The translations under genes and the position numbers were made by a program. A model generated the notes under the pieces. It did not search any database. It was not told where the DNA came from and was given only the letters and a program-made list of their open reading frames with translations. DNA of 63,625 nucleotides, the filler included, from Globobulimina sp. (lineage: Eukaryota), in NCBI GenBank assembly GCA_003354225.1. It is 43 parts of 43 records of this genome, joined end to end, with 100 filler letters (N's around TTAATTAATTAA, not from the genome) between each part and the next. Parts side by side here need not be neighbours in the genome. Positions count along the whole stretch, not along the records: positions 1 to 1,383 come from PIVH01017569.1; positions 1,484 to 2,866 come from PIVH01017570.1; positions 2,967 to 4,349 come from PIVH01017571.1; positions 4,450 to 5,832 come from PIVH01017572.1; positions 5,933 to 7,315 come from PIVH01017573.1; positions 7,416 to 8,798 come from PIVH01017574.1; positions 8,899 to 10,281 come from PIVH01017575.1; positions 10,382 to 11,764 come from PIVH01017576.1; 35 more parts are not named here. One strand, 5' to 3'. Position 1 is the stretch's first letter, and each line of letters starts with the position of its first letter. Shown here piece by piece: positions 1 through 12,562 of the stretch.

Positions 1-164
1 AAAAAAAAAAAAAAAAAAGAGCCTATAATTACTTTGAATTATTTTTTTAAATCTATTGTATAATGGACATTGATTACATTGATATGTAAATTTACCATCA
101 GCTCTGTAAAATCTATGATGTTTTTTCTTAATGATGAATAAAATCGGATTGTGTTTACATGATG

Positions 165-1383
165 CTACAATGTTTCTGGTAAAATATAGTTTGTGTTGTT
201 GCTTTTGATTTTTGCAAATCTTTTTATCTTGAAAAACATATTTATATCTATCCAATATCTGTAATCCAAATGTTGTAATCGCAGAGTCGATTTCTTCAAT
301 TTCTGATATATTAAATGGAATATTTGCATAACATCGAGGATTGGCAATGTCAGCATTCATTGATAAATATTCAATTTTGGTGCATGTACTGTTAATACAT
401 CTTTTTTCTTTCCACTTCAATTCATTTATGTTACTGCGAAAGATAAATTCAGCAATACCTATACACGAAGACAGACATGAACATTTGTTATTGTATATGT
501 TCAATTCAACACATTCAACTTTACTGTTGTCAGTGCGTTTAACTTGAATTGATTTTAATGTTTGATATTGTTTGCTTTTTTCATTCAAAGATGGCAACCA
601 ATGTGCTTGATATTTAGGTATATTGTCGGCTTGATTTAATTGAATCAATTGATTGAAATTTAAACTGTTCCTCATGTGATATACCAAAATCTTTCTTGAA
701 GTTAATTGACCATATTTATGACAACAAGGAAGTCTCAAAGGTTGATATTTTGAATATACTGAGGGATCTATACATGACAATAAAAGCGAGCTCATATCAA
801 CAGCTCCGAGTATTATCTCACAATTAAATACTTCTTTAATTTTACAAATATCAGATAACATATGGTCCATATTAGTCCATATCAGCATGTCATTAAATAT
901 GTGTAATGATATTTTGAATCCTTTGTTTGGAACAATTCTGCTGCTCGAAAAAACAACGAATTGATCTGGATTAATTTTCTGATTTGTGATTAAACGATAA
1001 TGGAATTTGATATTGTTTGAATTGAGTATATTGCTTAATTTATTTAACATCAATGGTATAATATTTAACAAGCGAGAAGAATTTATTTCATTATCAATGA
1101 TACAATCTATGTCTAAATATAGGTAACGTGGTGCATATAGATACACACTATAAAAACACCGATTTGATGGATGTAAAGAATGATATAACTGCTGAAAATG
1201 TGATATATTGTTGAATAATAGGAATTTGTATTTGTTTGGTGCATATTCATAAGCAACGGGAAATTGTCTTGTTTCCTTTGATTGGATGTATTGTTGTAAT
1301 GATGCCCTTTCTGGATATACTGGATTATTTAAAGGGTAAATAAAAGATTTTATGTTGTATAATGCTTGAAATTGTTCAATTTC
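165..1383 (-). pseudogene. Probable decayed coding sequence of unknown family
   Basis: Minus strand gives short protein-like stretches (e.g. YLYAPRYLYLDIDCIIDNEINSSRLLNIIP) broken by many stops. Confidence 0.3.
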
Positions 1384-1483
1384 NNNNNNNNNNNNNNNNN
1401 NNNNNNNNNNNNNNNNNNNNNNNNNNNTTAATTAATTAANNNNNNNNNNNNNNNNNNNNNNNNNNNNNNNNNNNNNNNNNNNN
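1384..1483. other. Artificial contig-joining linker N44-TTAATTAATTAA-N44 (first copy; recurs about every 1.48 kb through the window)
   Basis: Identical 100-bp spacer between all segments; the 12-mer gives stops in all six frames; contig lengths fall from 1383 to 1381 bp. Confidence 0.99.
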
Positions 1484-2866
1484 ATTGCCAACCAACCCAA
1501 CATTGGAATACCTCGAAATATGCAAACAAATAATGCACAAAGAAGATCATGGTCGGCAAATCCATATGGTAACCACCCAAAATATGCATTCCATAAAAGA
1601 AAAAAACGTAAATTTATGATGTTGATGCTATTATTAAATATCATCATTGCCATATTAATATTTATGTTGAGTAACAATCAAATCCAAAACTATGAATATA
1701 TCAAATGGAAGCAAATGAAACAAAAAGAAAATGATAAATTCAAGCAATTCAATTATAACAGCAACAGAAAAAAACAAATAAAATACAATGAATTGGCAAG
1801 AATCCGCAATTGTATACAAAATCAGAACAGAGCTGTCACAATGTATGAGAACGAACATCCAATTAATAAAAAGGGAGTGGTAACAAGAAGAGGAAAAACA
1901 ATGTTCGAAGATTATTATCCGTTTAATACAGGAATAGTACCTACCGATTATTTTGAATATAAGACAGATATCAATGAGGACAGCAATAACAATGAAATTA
2001 TGCAAAAAAGTATGAGCACGCAAATAATTAGAATATTTTCATTGAATGTCCAATCAATGAAACTCCCAAAAACAAGAAACAAGAAAATTAAATTAATTTG
2101 CAACCAATGCCATAATGAAATGCGTGATGGAAAGAAAATAGATATTATACATCTTACTGAGACATGGATTGATAAAAAGAAAGAACTCAATAATATGTTC
2201 GATGAATTAAATTTAAGATTATTTGAATGGATCCCTGCAATTATAAAAATTAAACAAACAGCGGCTGGATCTGCATTATTTATTAATAACGAAATCTATC
2301 ATGAATACAAAACAATAACCAAAACAAGCTCATTTATGGATGTATACAATGTATATTTAAGACAAAGACACATTTTTGCATATATCTATAACCCCGAACC
2401 TCATTATATTGATGAAATTAATAACAATATGCAAAAAATGCATCAAATACTCCAAATTGAGAACAAAGTGACAATTTACGGTGATTTAAACGTGGATGAG
2501 AAGAATAACAATTTGAATTTTAGACTATTCGAAGCATTAAAACATGAATTTAAATTAATTGATTTGAACAACGATATGGATGCAACCTATCACAAACGAC
2601 AGCGAATTAATAAAAATGGATTCCGTAATGGCAGGAATGCGCCTGACAAGGTTCTTGTAAATCAAAATAACAAACAATTAATCAAATCCAATTGGAAAGT
2701 CGGAACTGGATATGTTGACTCTGACCATTATTATATGTCAACTGACCATCTCTACACATACAATAACAAGAAAGAAAGACAAAAAAATGAAAATATGAAA
2801 TTGATTGAATCGGATTGGAAGTTTAAATTTATTAAATCCGATGAAGAGATCGCACAAATAATTAAT
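1484..2866 (+). mobile_element. APE-type (EEP) endonuclease domain, probably the N-terminal part of a non-LTR retrotransposon ORF2; frame open at both contig ends
   Basis: Ordered EEP motifs IFSLNVQS, DIIHLTETW, GSALFI, IYNP, IYGDLN, PDKVLV, SDHY; no introns. Confidence 0.8.
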
Positions 2867-3125
2867 NNNNNNNNNNNNNNNNNNNNNNNNNNNNNNNNNN
2901 NNNNNNNNNNTTAATTAATTAANNNNNNNNNNNNNNNNNNNNNNNNNNNNNNNNNNNNNNNNNNNNCAGCATCAACAATAAATCTTATTTTTAGCATCGA
3001 TCCATAACATCATTAACATAATACATAATTTTGCTTTATATAAATAATGATCAATATAAAACTATGCAATAAAGTTTGCAATAAAAAAAAACTTTGCAAT
3101 AAAATCATAAAAAAAAGCAGAAACA

Positions 3126-4349
3126 ATGTCAGGTAAAAAAAAAGGTAAAGGAGGTCGAGATAAAGACTCATTACAAATATATGCGCGAGTACGTGGTTTA
3201 ATGCCATGGGAACCAAAAAAAGTAAGTTTAAAAGTGGTGGCAAATACAGTTCAAAATAAGGCGGGTAAAATAATAAATTCGTATGATTTTAAAAGGGTTT
3301 TTAAGCCAGAATCGACGAATGAGCAATGTTTTAAGATAATAGCCATGCCAATGATATCCAATGTATTGAAGGGCTTTAATGCGGTATTAATCGCATACGG
3401 CCAGACTGGTTCCGGCAAAACCTATTCCATGTTAGGCAAACCCAAATTAAATATTGTTGGCATTTTGCCGCGAATGTTGGAGTTTATGGTGAATCAAAAA
3501 AGCGTAAATCAAGTCGAATTGTCTGCCGTCGAAGCCTTTGGACATCACGTTGCCAAAATATTTTTATTTGACTTATTTGAGCAACATAATCAAGTCAAGG
3601 ATTGGTCGTTAAAGAAAGGAATCACTACGCTCGAAATGGAGAGAGCGAAAAGTGTCGACATTAATGATGCGCAGGACGCCCACGACAAAATCATATATGC
3701 CCACGCTGGCTCTCATTTTGCGCCCACCGGCAAAAATCCTGAATCTTCGCGCGGCCACGTCTCGTTTATCGCGAAAATCTACCAAAAAGGCGGCGGGCAG
3801 CACCAGATCAACGTGTCTTACTTTATTATGGTGGACTGTGCCGGCAGCGAAGGAGAAACTGCCTTTACCCCCGAATTCCGATCGAGAGTGACGCCGCAAG
3901 TCTTATTATGCCGCAGGTTGGAAGCGGGCACTATAAATACCGGCTTATCGCAATTGCAAGTTATTTTCAATGAGTTGCGAACCAGAGGCAAAATCACCAA
4001 GGCTGTTGGCAACGGCTTGCGCCGCGTATTGCATCCATACATTAATACTCGCACTTATTTATCCGTCATATTCACTCTATCCCCGTCCGTCAATAATTGC
4101 AAAGCCACCGAATCTACCCTCAAATTCGCTGTTACTGCCGGGATGGTGAAGGTTAAACCCATCCAAACCAAAGGAAAAGTCAATTTTAAGACTTTAGTCG
4201 CCGAATTAAAAGCACATATTGAACAACAAGTTAGTTATATATATAAATATTATTTGCGATTTTGCGTAAAAATATAATATCATAAATAAGGAACAACAAA
4301 TTGACGGCAATAATAATCAAATTGAGGCACTTCGTCGTCAACAGAATAG
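3126..4349 (+). CDS. Kinesin motor-domain protein (divergent), 3' partial; intron 4230-4290
   Basis: GFNAVLIAYGQTGSGKTYSM P-loop, NPESSRGH switch I, VDCAGSE switch II, ESTLKFA; removing the 61-nt GT..AG intron continues into a coiled coil EQQIDGNNNQIEALRRQ. Confidence 0.93.
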
Positions 4350-4449
4350 NNNNNNNNNNNNNNNNNNNNNNNNNNNNNNNNNNNNNNNNNNNNTTAATTA
4401 ATTAANNNNNNNNNNNNNNNNNNNNNNNNNNNNNNNNNNNNNNNNNNNN

Positions 4450-5232
4450 ATTGATATGAATGCATATGACTCTGAGGACGAGCATGGAAATGATATGAAA
4501 GACACTGTTGAGGCAGAGGCAGAGGCAGAGGGAGGCAATGATTTGTTTACCATGGTGCAAAATTGTGAAAACAATGAGGAATATTTAATAAATTCATACC
4601 AACATTGTAAGAGTAAGAATGTTATTAAAAAGAATATTAATACAACTGATGCTTTGGAGGAATACTTACATTTAACTGCTTCAGCGGTAAAAATAAATTA
4701 TCCGAATGTAGACGCATCCATCAAAGAATTATTGGCATTGGTGAGAAATATTCCGTTTTATCAAGCTTATGATGAAATAAATAAATATATGGCTGACAAA
4801 CTATCCACACAAAATGGGCTCTGCACTGTTTCAGTGGGGGCAGTGCCGCAGAAAGGGACAGTAACGAGATTGTTGACGAAAGTGAGAAGAGCGAGTGTAA
4901 CGGCATTAAATCCAATTATTCCCAAAAAAAAAGTTGTAACGGCATTAAACGGGAAAAAAAAAGTTGTAATAAAAATACAACGTTCGAAAAAATCACAGAA
5001 AAACGTTATTGATTACGATAAATTACAAAAGAAATTGCAACAAAAGTCGAAAAGCACAGCAAAGAGCAATAAGATATCTAAAAAGAAAAAAAACAAAGGG
5101 AAAAAACAAAAATATTTGCATGATGTTATAGTTTTTAAAGATGGTAATGATGAAATAAAATCTAGTAAAAAGAAACGAAGGAAATTAAAACGTAAAAGTA
5201 AAACAGAAACAGCGAAGGTAATAATCGTGTGA
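4450..5232 (+). CDS. Hypothetical protein, acidic N-terminus and Lys-rich C-terminus
   Basis: 258-aa open frame in AT-rich DNA; no recognisable motif. Confidence 0.5.
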   Translation: MDMNAYDSEDEHGNDMKDTVEAEAEAEGGNDLFTMVQNCENNEEYLINSYQHCKSKNVIKKNINTTDALEEYLHLTASAVKINYPNVDASIKELLALVRNIPFYQAYDEINKYMADKLSTQNGLCTVSVGAVPQKGTVTRLLTKVRRASVTALNPIIPKKKVVTALNGKKKVVIKIQRSKKSQKNVIDYDKLQKKLQQKSKSTAKSNKISKKKKNKGKKQKYLHDVIVFKDGNDEIKSSKKKRRKLKRKSKTETAKVIIV

Positions 5233-5404
5233 TACTGTTCTGATTTGAAGCAATTGATTATGAGATCAGTGTATAATTACTATCTATACATTTAATCTTG
5301 ACTTGTTTCATTTTTTCATAATTTTATATTTTTTGTTGTCTTCCTTTTTTCAAATCACTTTTTTAATCCACAAAAATGAACTGACAAAAACTTTTTGTTG
5401 GAGC

Positions 5405-5832
5405 ATGACAAACTCCCCAGAAACTGTCTCGTTTGGATCAAAAAATACAAATAACTTTCATTTAAGCAATCTCGCACCATTATCAGACAATGCATTTTCA
5501 CCATTATCAGATATGTCTCATATTGTTTCTGAGTTGATGCCGTTTCCAAAATGTTTCTATTCATTAAAATTATTGTTTATTTCAACTGGATTTTTAGTTT
5601 GTGATCACCAAAATAAACTTATTACATTGTATGTGTATTTCTATAGATTCACATTATTAGGAATTCCATTTTATGTCTTAGGTATTTTCCCAAAAACAAG
5701 CAATCTTTTATTTGAATCAATATCCCATTTAAACAAAAATATAATTATAATTAGTTTCTGTTTTTTAATATTAAATGTCTATATCACCATACTTTTCTGT
5801 ATAAGATATTTTAAAAAACAGTATCTAAGTTT
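5405..5832 (+). CDS. Hypothetical membrane protein, 3' partial
   Basis: Frame open from MTNSPETV to the contig end with hydrophobic segments. Confidence 0.35.
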
Positions 5833-6136
5833 NNNNNNNNNNNNNNNNNNNNNNNNNNNNNNNNNNNNNNNNNNNNTTAATTAATTAANNNNNNNNNNNN
5901 NNNNNNNNNNNNNNNNNNNNNNNNNNNNNNNNAGAACAAACGAAGTATGGATGAGATGTTAAATGGAAGGCATGATAAAATGGTATCTGATCCACCAAAT
6001 AAAAAACAAAGACTTAATTGATTTTGTGAATTGGTGAGCAAAGATTCGATACTTTTGCGCCAGAATTATTTCAATATCTAGTCGTCGTTTTTAAAACGTT
6101 TTTAGAGTTGTTCCCAGTCAGCAAATAGTGTAAATA

Positions 6137-7315
6137 ATGTCTCAACCTTTTATGTTTGGTATTAAAGAGAAACAATACGCTGGCAACCCGGCGATGGTGT
6201 ATGTAAACCAAGAATCATTACCCCAAGAAATGTATCATCGTTTATGTTCAAATCCCACCCAAGCAGTGGTATTATATGATAAGCAGAAGGGTTCAAATCT
6301 AAACACCTCAATTTATGATGGTTATGATTTACGAACGTATGGAATTACAACAATGTTTGATTCTAATCCATCATTATCACAATGCCAAACAATTTGGGAT
6401 AAAGAATTATCAATTTTAACACAAGAATCTGTAAATAATTCATCTGTTATTATCATTGAATCAAATTCAAATTCATCTCAACAATGCATTAAACATTCTC
6501 TTGCTAAATTATTACCGCTAAATTATAGACAAGAATTACAAAACAAACTCGATAACTTTCAAGCTGAATTAACAAAAATCAATCTCAATAATCTTGCTGT
6601 TCAACAACAAGAAGAAGAAGAGGAAGAAGAAGAAGTAAAAACAGATGATCATCTCACACCTGATACGGACACAGAAGATGACGATAATGATACCAATGAC
6701 AATGAGAATGATACCAATGACGACAATGATAATGATGAAGATGATGATTCAGGTAATTCATTATTAGTGTTTTCAGGATTTGAATATTATTCAATAGAGA
6801 GCATGCGGCAATTTATTCAAATGGGGCAATGGATAGAGACCCAATGCTTAACATTTGCCACTACAAAGTATACATTTTTAAATAAGAGAGATGCTGCCAT
6901 ACTGATATTATTTGAGAATGAGTCTGACTGTGAATTAATTATTAAACACTTGAATGGAATAAGCACACCAAATGAATATAGTAATGAGAAAAATAAATTA
7001 ATTGTAAAATATGCAAATCATAAATTAACAAATAAAGTAAAATCATTATTTCAGGAAATTGACAGTAAAACATTAAAATTTGAAAAACAACAACAAAAGG
7101 AAAGGGACGAAAGGAGAAATAAGAGAAACGAGACTAACATTGTCGAAAATAATTCCCCTTCACATCAAATTCAACAAATGGACAAAATTGAAACTAATAA
7201 TAATCATAATAACAATGCATGTGATAATGAGCCGGCAATAAAACACATTGAAACTGATAATAATCATAACATTAATAATGAGCAGGAAATAAAACATATT
7301 GAAGCTAATAATAAT
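6137..7315 (+). CDS. Hypothetical protein with acidic tract, RRM-like segment and short C-terminal repeats (KHIETDNNHN), 3' partial
   Basis: Long ORF; SLLVFSGF...AAILILFENESDCELIIKHLNG...KLIVKYAN resembles the RRM secondary-structure pattern. Confidence 0.55.
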
Positions 7316-7530
7316 NNNNNNNNNNNNNNNNNNNNNNNNNNNNNNNNNNNNNNNNNNNNTTAATTAATTAANNNNNNNNNNNNNNNNNNNNNNNNNNNNN
7401 NNNNNNNNNNNNNNNACAAATCTCAGCATAGGAGGCAATTGCATTTTGCTTGAATAGTTATAACAATTAACAAAAAGTACGAAAGGATGGTTCCAATTGA
7501 TTCTAAAGTGTGAAAACCTTAACAAAAATC

Positions 7531-8715
7531 TCATTTAAAACTCCACCATTTCTTTTTTTTATGGTCATTATTTTTCTTTTTTCTCGCACTATTTGTGATA
7601 ACATTATGTGGTTTGCCACCTCCCATAACTTTGCCATTGGGCACAATCCATAATTCATGAATATTATCAATTAAATATTCCACAACATCTGCATGTAACA
7701 TATCTTTTACATTATTTCTGAAATTTTCTTTATATTTATTATTAACTCTCTTTTTCATTGCCCATCCTCCACCATTTTCATCTTTTATTTTATGGCATAA
7801 TTTATCTCTCAATTTGAACAAATGTGTCCTAATCAATGTGGAACTGATCGGCTTACATTCAACATTTACATAAACAAAGCCATTGCACTCTCCTTTGCTT
7901 TTAGACTCATCATACGCTTCTTTCATATCTTCGTTGTATCCCTTTCGAGCAATGCATGCCGTCAATGATGTGCTGCTGCTGTACATATTACTGTTATATG
8001 CTGATATTATGGACGGAGAGATCCTATCCGCACCACAACAATTGATAGTTATTAACGTTTTTAATTCAGACGCATTGAGTAACTCATTCGAACCAAAATA
8101 TTTATCAAAAGCGTTTCTCATTCTTATCATTCGTGAATATCGTTTTGCTGATACCATTGCAATATGTGATGGATGACACCATGCATATTTTGCTGCCGTT
8201 AATTCACAAATTTTATGTCGATGCTCGAATTTTATGGCTGCATTCTGCAATTTGCTCATAACATAAGCATCAGATGTGACCACTAAATACGCTGCGACAA
8301 TAATAAAGTTTTCATGTTGTTCTAAATTACACTTAATTTCATGTAACAATTCAACATGTTCCGTATGACATGGATTGTAGGAACCGCCGAGAACTAAAAT
8401 CCCTTTTCGCTTATTTATATGACTTGGATTGTGTTTGAATATTGCAACTAATATATTGTAGAAAGTGTTTTTATTTTCTATGCTCCATTCGATTTGTAGC
8501 TCCTTTTTAATTGTGTTTGACATTGTTGATACAATACTGCTATCATTCAAGTTGGATAAATCTGCAGTTATTTGACTATTTTCTTTGAATTCTAAGGACT
8601 CGATCACGTGCTTTGCAATGATACCGATTTTATTGTCATTGAATATTACACTGACGCGTTTTTCCAACAACACAATCTTGTCAGTAATGCAGCGGACATT
8701 CTTTGTAGCGAACAT
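7531..8715 (-). CDS. Nicotinamide/nicotinate mononucleotide adenylyltransferase-like (HIGH nucleotidyltransferase)
   Basis: GGSYNPCHTEH, CGAD and ISSTLIR motifs. Confidence 0.8.
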   Translation of the reverse strand: MFATKNVRCITDKIVLLEKRVSVIFNDNKIGIIAKHVIESLEFKENSQITADLSNLNDSSIVSTMSNTIKKELQIEWSIENKNTFYNILVAIFKHNPSHINKRKGILVLGGSYNPCHTEHVELLHEIKCNLEQHENFIIVAAYLVVTSDAYVMSKLQNAAIKFEHRHKICELTAAKYAWCHPSHIAMVSAKRYSRMIRMRNAFDKYFGSNELLNASELKTLITINCCGADRISPSIISAYNSNMYSSSTSLTACIARKGYNEDMKEAYDESKSKGECNGFVYVNVECKPISSTLIRTHLFKLRDKLCHKIKDENGGGWAMKKRVNNKYKENFRNNVKDMLHADVVEYLIDNIHELWIVPNGKVMGGGKPHNVITNSARKKKNNDHKKKKWWSFK

Positions 8716-8924
8716 TCTTTGTTATTGGAGTTTTTACATTTTTACACAAAAACATTCTCCGTATATTAAACGGTCCTCTTTGGCCCCGTCAATTCCCGNN
8801 NNNNNNNNNNNNNNNNNNNNNNNNNNNNNNNNNNNNNNNNNNTTAATTAATTAANNNNNNNNNNNNNNNNNNNNNNNNNNNNNNNNNNNNNNNNNNNNAA
8901 AATAACAAATGTTAGGTATCATAC

Positions 8925-9517
8925 CTGCGGATCGCGTAATTGTCCTGCTCATTTCTGGAGATTTTGTGTTTTTTTGCGCAGATTTCCGCACAGTTGCCCA
9001 TGTGTTGGTCTGTGTAACAGTCCCACAAACCGTCCTTTACCATTCCGTCGACCATGGTTTGATTCATCATTTTTACGCCGAATCTGTAGCCATTCACGTA
9101 ATAGGGCACATTACTCATCGATTCCATGCCGCCACAGCAGATTATCTCATTCTGTCCGAGCATAATTGACTGCGCTGCGAACATTATTGACTTCATTCCC
9201 GACGAGCATATTTTGTTGACTGTGGTGCACGGGACTGTGTTGGGTATGCCCGCACCCATCGATGCTTGTCTGCAACTGTTTTGTCCCAGGTTTGCCTGCA
9301 ATACATTGCCAAAGGTGCATTCTTCGATTTCTTTCGGATTTATTCCGCATTTTGATAATGTTCCTTTGATGATTTGCGAGGCGAGTTGTGGTGCTGATAA
9401 TGCAGACAAGCAACCACCGTAAATTCCAATGGGACTGCGCATGGCACAGACTATGTACACGCTGCGATCTTTTAATGATTCAATGCATGATGAATCAATT
9501 TTCTGTTCTTGTGACAT
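8925..9517 (-). CDS. Acetyl-CoA C-acetyltransferase (thiolase II), first exon; intron begins at 8924
   Basis: RSPIG, TVNKICSSGMK (catalytic Cys), GGMESMSNVPY, DGLWD, HMGNCAE; AG|GTATGA donor. Confidence 0.95.
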
Positions 9518-9696
9518 GGTCGAGCGCGAGTGAAATAGACTGAAAAGTTTTTTTTTTGTAATGAATGTTATATTTCCGAATTTATAGTCTATTTATAGAT
9601 TCGTACATGCATAATTCCAATTTACAGCTGACAAGTCAAGATTAAAAGCGTATTTTTGGAGATCATTTGCTCAGGACTATACATTATCATCCATAT

Positions 9697-10115
9697 TCAA
9701 TTGTATTCATGTTTACCATCATTTTTCACATTTGTAAACCATTCAAATTGGATTCCATTGAGAGAATTTGAGGCATACTCAGTCTCTCTCTCGTCATAAT
9801 CATAGCCCTTTGGATTGTCACCGAGCACCGAGACATGAATTGCTTTTAATTTGTCCCCAAACACGATATTATAAGCATTGTCAAAACTACCAAAAAAGCG
9901 TCCCAAATTTGTATAAAACATAAGACTTTGCACACGTTTCTTTTCATTGTTTTCAGCAGTCTTAATCAAAGTGATATATTCATCATTTTCCATTGTGATC
10001 TCATCCGTATCCTGTGTTTCGTGACCGTATATATCTCCCCATGCACCGTTCAATTTTAATTGTATTCCTATTATACAGGCATCAATCGGATAAGATCTCT
10101 TTATGGCTCTGATAT
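9697..10115 (-). CDS. Jacalin-like lectin domain fragment
   Basis: IIGIQLKLNGAWGDIYG...EITMENDEYIT...VQSLMFYTNLGRFFGSF...LNGIQFEW pattern. Confidence 0.6.
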
Positions 10116-10629
10116 AATAATTAATGAAACTATATAATTATTATTGTATATACATTTCTAAGGTAGTTACCATAGGAGTTATTCAATAATAATTAAATAA
10201 GTTCATTGTTTATTCTTTTGAGTTTCAATTATATATAATAATAATTAATAGAATAATACTGGCTTAAGGGGCTGTAAGCCANNNNNNNNNNNNNNNNNNN
10301 NNNNNNNNNNNNNNNNNNNNNNNNNTTAATTAATTAANNNNNNNNNNNNNNNNNNNNNNNNNNNNNNNNNNNNNNNNNNNNATTGAACATAAATAATTTG
10401 ACGACTTGCAGCCAGTTCTGGGCAAATCACTCTCCTGTAGTCGCCCTTTGTCATGCATGTCGATTAATTTATAGTGCGAATAAATTACAAAACCGTATTT
10501 TTGTGTAACAATCGTACAATATGGAGCAAGGCCAATCAAACATTATTGATAAGTCATCTCATAATTTGAAAAGTTATCATTAATATTTGATGATTGTTGC
10601 GTATTTATTTGAATACAGAAACAGTTAAA

Positions 10630-11764
10630 ATGACTGACAAAAGCGAGACAGAATGTGTCAATAAATACAAAACGCTAGAAAACGAATACCAAACATTATG
10701 TAAAACTTTTAATGAATTACCAAACAAACGAATATTAGCATGTATTGGAAACGCAACCAATTGCAATCAATTCAATTTAAGCAGCGCTGGCTTGAAAGAT
10801 GTTGATAAAATACAAGACAGTGAAATAATTCCTTTATTCGAAGCAATTAAAACAACGAACAGCATGCATTTAGTTAATAAAATAGATTTAAGCTGGAACA
10901 GAATCAGCGATGGCGGTGCCAGGTCAATTGCATCATTTCTACTCAATAATAAATATATCATTGATGTGAATTTAAAAGGAAATGATATCACATCCATTGG
11001 TGGCACAGAAATAGCAAAATGTTTAATTACAAACTATTCAACGCAAACTAATACTGAATTTATACTAAAGTCATTGAATTTAAATGCAAATAAGTTAGGC
11101 GATGATACAATGATTTTATTAAGCGAGTTGTTTACAATTACAAATGCAAACAACTGCAACAAACATCTGACTTCTTTAGATATCGGAAATTGCGATGTTG
11201 GCCATATTGGTTGGTCGTATATCATGAATCGATTAATAAAAAATAAGTGCATTCAACATTTGAATTTACAAAATTGCAGAGTGACTTCATTGAGTCATGA
11301 AATGTGCAGTGTTCTATCAAAGGTATTATCTCATAATAGAAGCATTAAAACGTTAAATATATCATTTCAAGGCGATGGGATTGGCGATGAGGGAATGAAA
11401 TGGATTGCAAATGCATTGGAAGGTAATCAAGTGTTGGAATCATTGGATTTATCGTGTAATCATATTGGTTGTGATGGTGTTAGATTTTTATCGGAAATAT
11501 TAGGAAAATGTTCATTGAAATGTTTATCGTTAAGAGGTAATCGGTTAACAAATATAGGAGCAAGATATATTTGTAAAATTCTGGAATCGAATGAAACTTT
11601 GGAATATCTAGATTTACGCTCAACAAATATAAAAGATGAAGGATTATATTTGATTGCTGAAACTATAAACAATCGTAAAAATAAAAGCAATAATATGATT
11701 TTGAAAACACTTTTATTAGACGGCAATTTATTTGGGTTTAAAACCGCAGCAATGTGGAGAACTG
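10630..11764 (+). CDS. RNI-like leucine-rich repeat protein (LRRC34-like), 3' partial
   Basis: ~28-aa repeats LxxLxLxxNxIxxxG (IDLSWNRISDGGA, LDLSCNHIGCDGV, LSLRGNRLTNIGA). Confidence 0.9.
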
Positions 11765-11864
11765 NNNNNNNNNNNNNNNNNNNNNNNNNNNNNNNNNNNN
11801 NNNNNNNNTTAATTAATTAANNNNNNNNNNNNNNNNNNNNNNNNNNNNNNNNNNNNNNNNNNNN

Positions 11865-12260
11865 ATGTGTGGACAACATTGCGACTGCAACATTATAACA
11901 AAAACATTGCACATTATATTCAGACCAAACACACTGTGGCACTCTTTTTAATGGAAATGCAGATAATATTATTTATAGTTGGCGACGCGACGCAACACAG
12001 AGGGTCAGGTCAGTTAGGTCGTGCTGTGTCTGGTGACTCTTATTATTATCCACAGTCAATTCACTAATTGCATGCGGAAATAATAAATATTGTCAAATTG
12101 GTATATAATGGAAATCAAAAAGATGTGGTTATGCCGGAAAAGATTAAATGTGGATTATATCATAATGTTGCTTGTTCAGATAGAAATAAATATTATTTGT
12201 GGGGACTTTATGCGGAAAACGGCAACAATTATAAAATAATATCCATCTATCATCCAGGTT
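11865..12260 (+). pseudogene. Decayed RCC1-repeat gene fragment
   Basis: GSGQLGR and KIKCGLYHNVA...YYLWG RCC1 motifs separated by an in-frame TAA at 12065-12067. Confidence 0.6.
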
Positions 12261-12562
12261 GGAGATCGAGAGACTCATATCATAACACAGCACAAATGAT
12301 AAAGGTGAACGTTTTTAGTTTTCACTATGTTTTAATTAAAAACATGGCAGCCAAATCCGTAGATAAATCCGTTGATAAATCCGTTGATGTTGTTGAGGAA
12401 ACATTTGCCATCATTTTTTCAGAGGTTGATAAGGTTAGTAAGATAATGTGAAGGTTAGTCCAAAATCCCTCTCAATAATGGTTTAGAAAAGTGATGGAGA
12501 AAAATTGCGGCACAAAAACTGGCTCAAAAAAACTAAACTACCCAAAAAAAAACGTTCTGAAA

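Noticed and set aside
10260-10281. Small hairpin TGGCTTA-N8-TAAGCCA at the contig end
   Set aside because: 7-bp stem cut by the contig edge; cannot be assigned as a Helitron end or terminator
12353-12388. 12-bp tandem repeat x3 (AAATCCGTWGAT)
   Set aside because: Simple slippage repeat with no further structure
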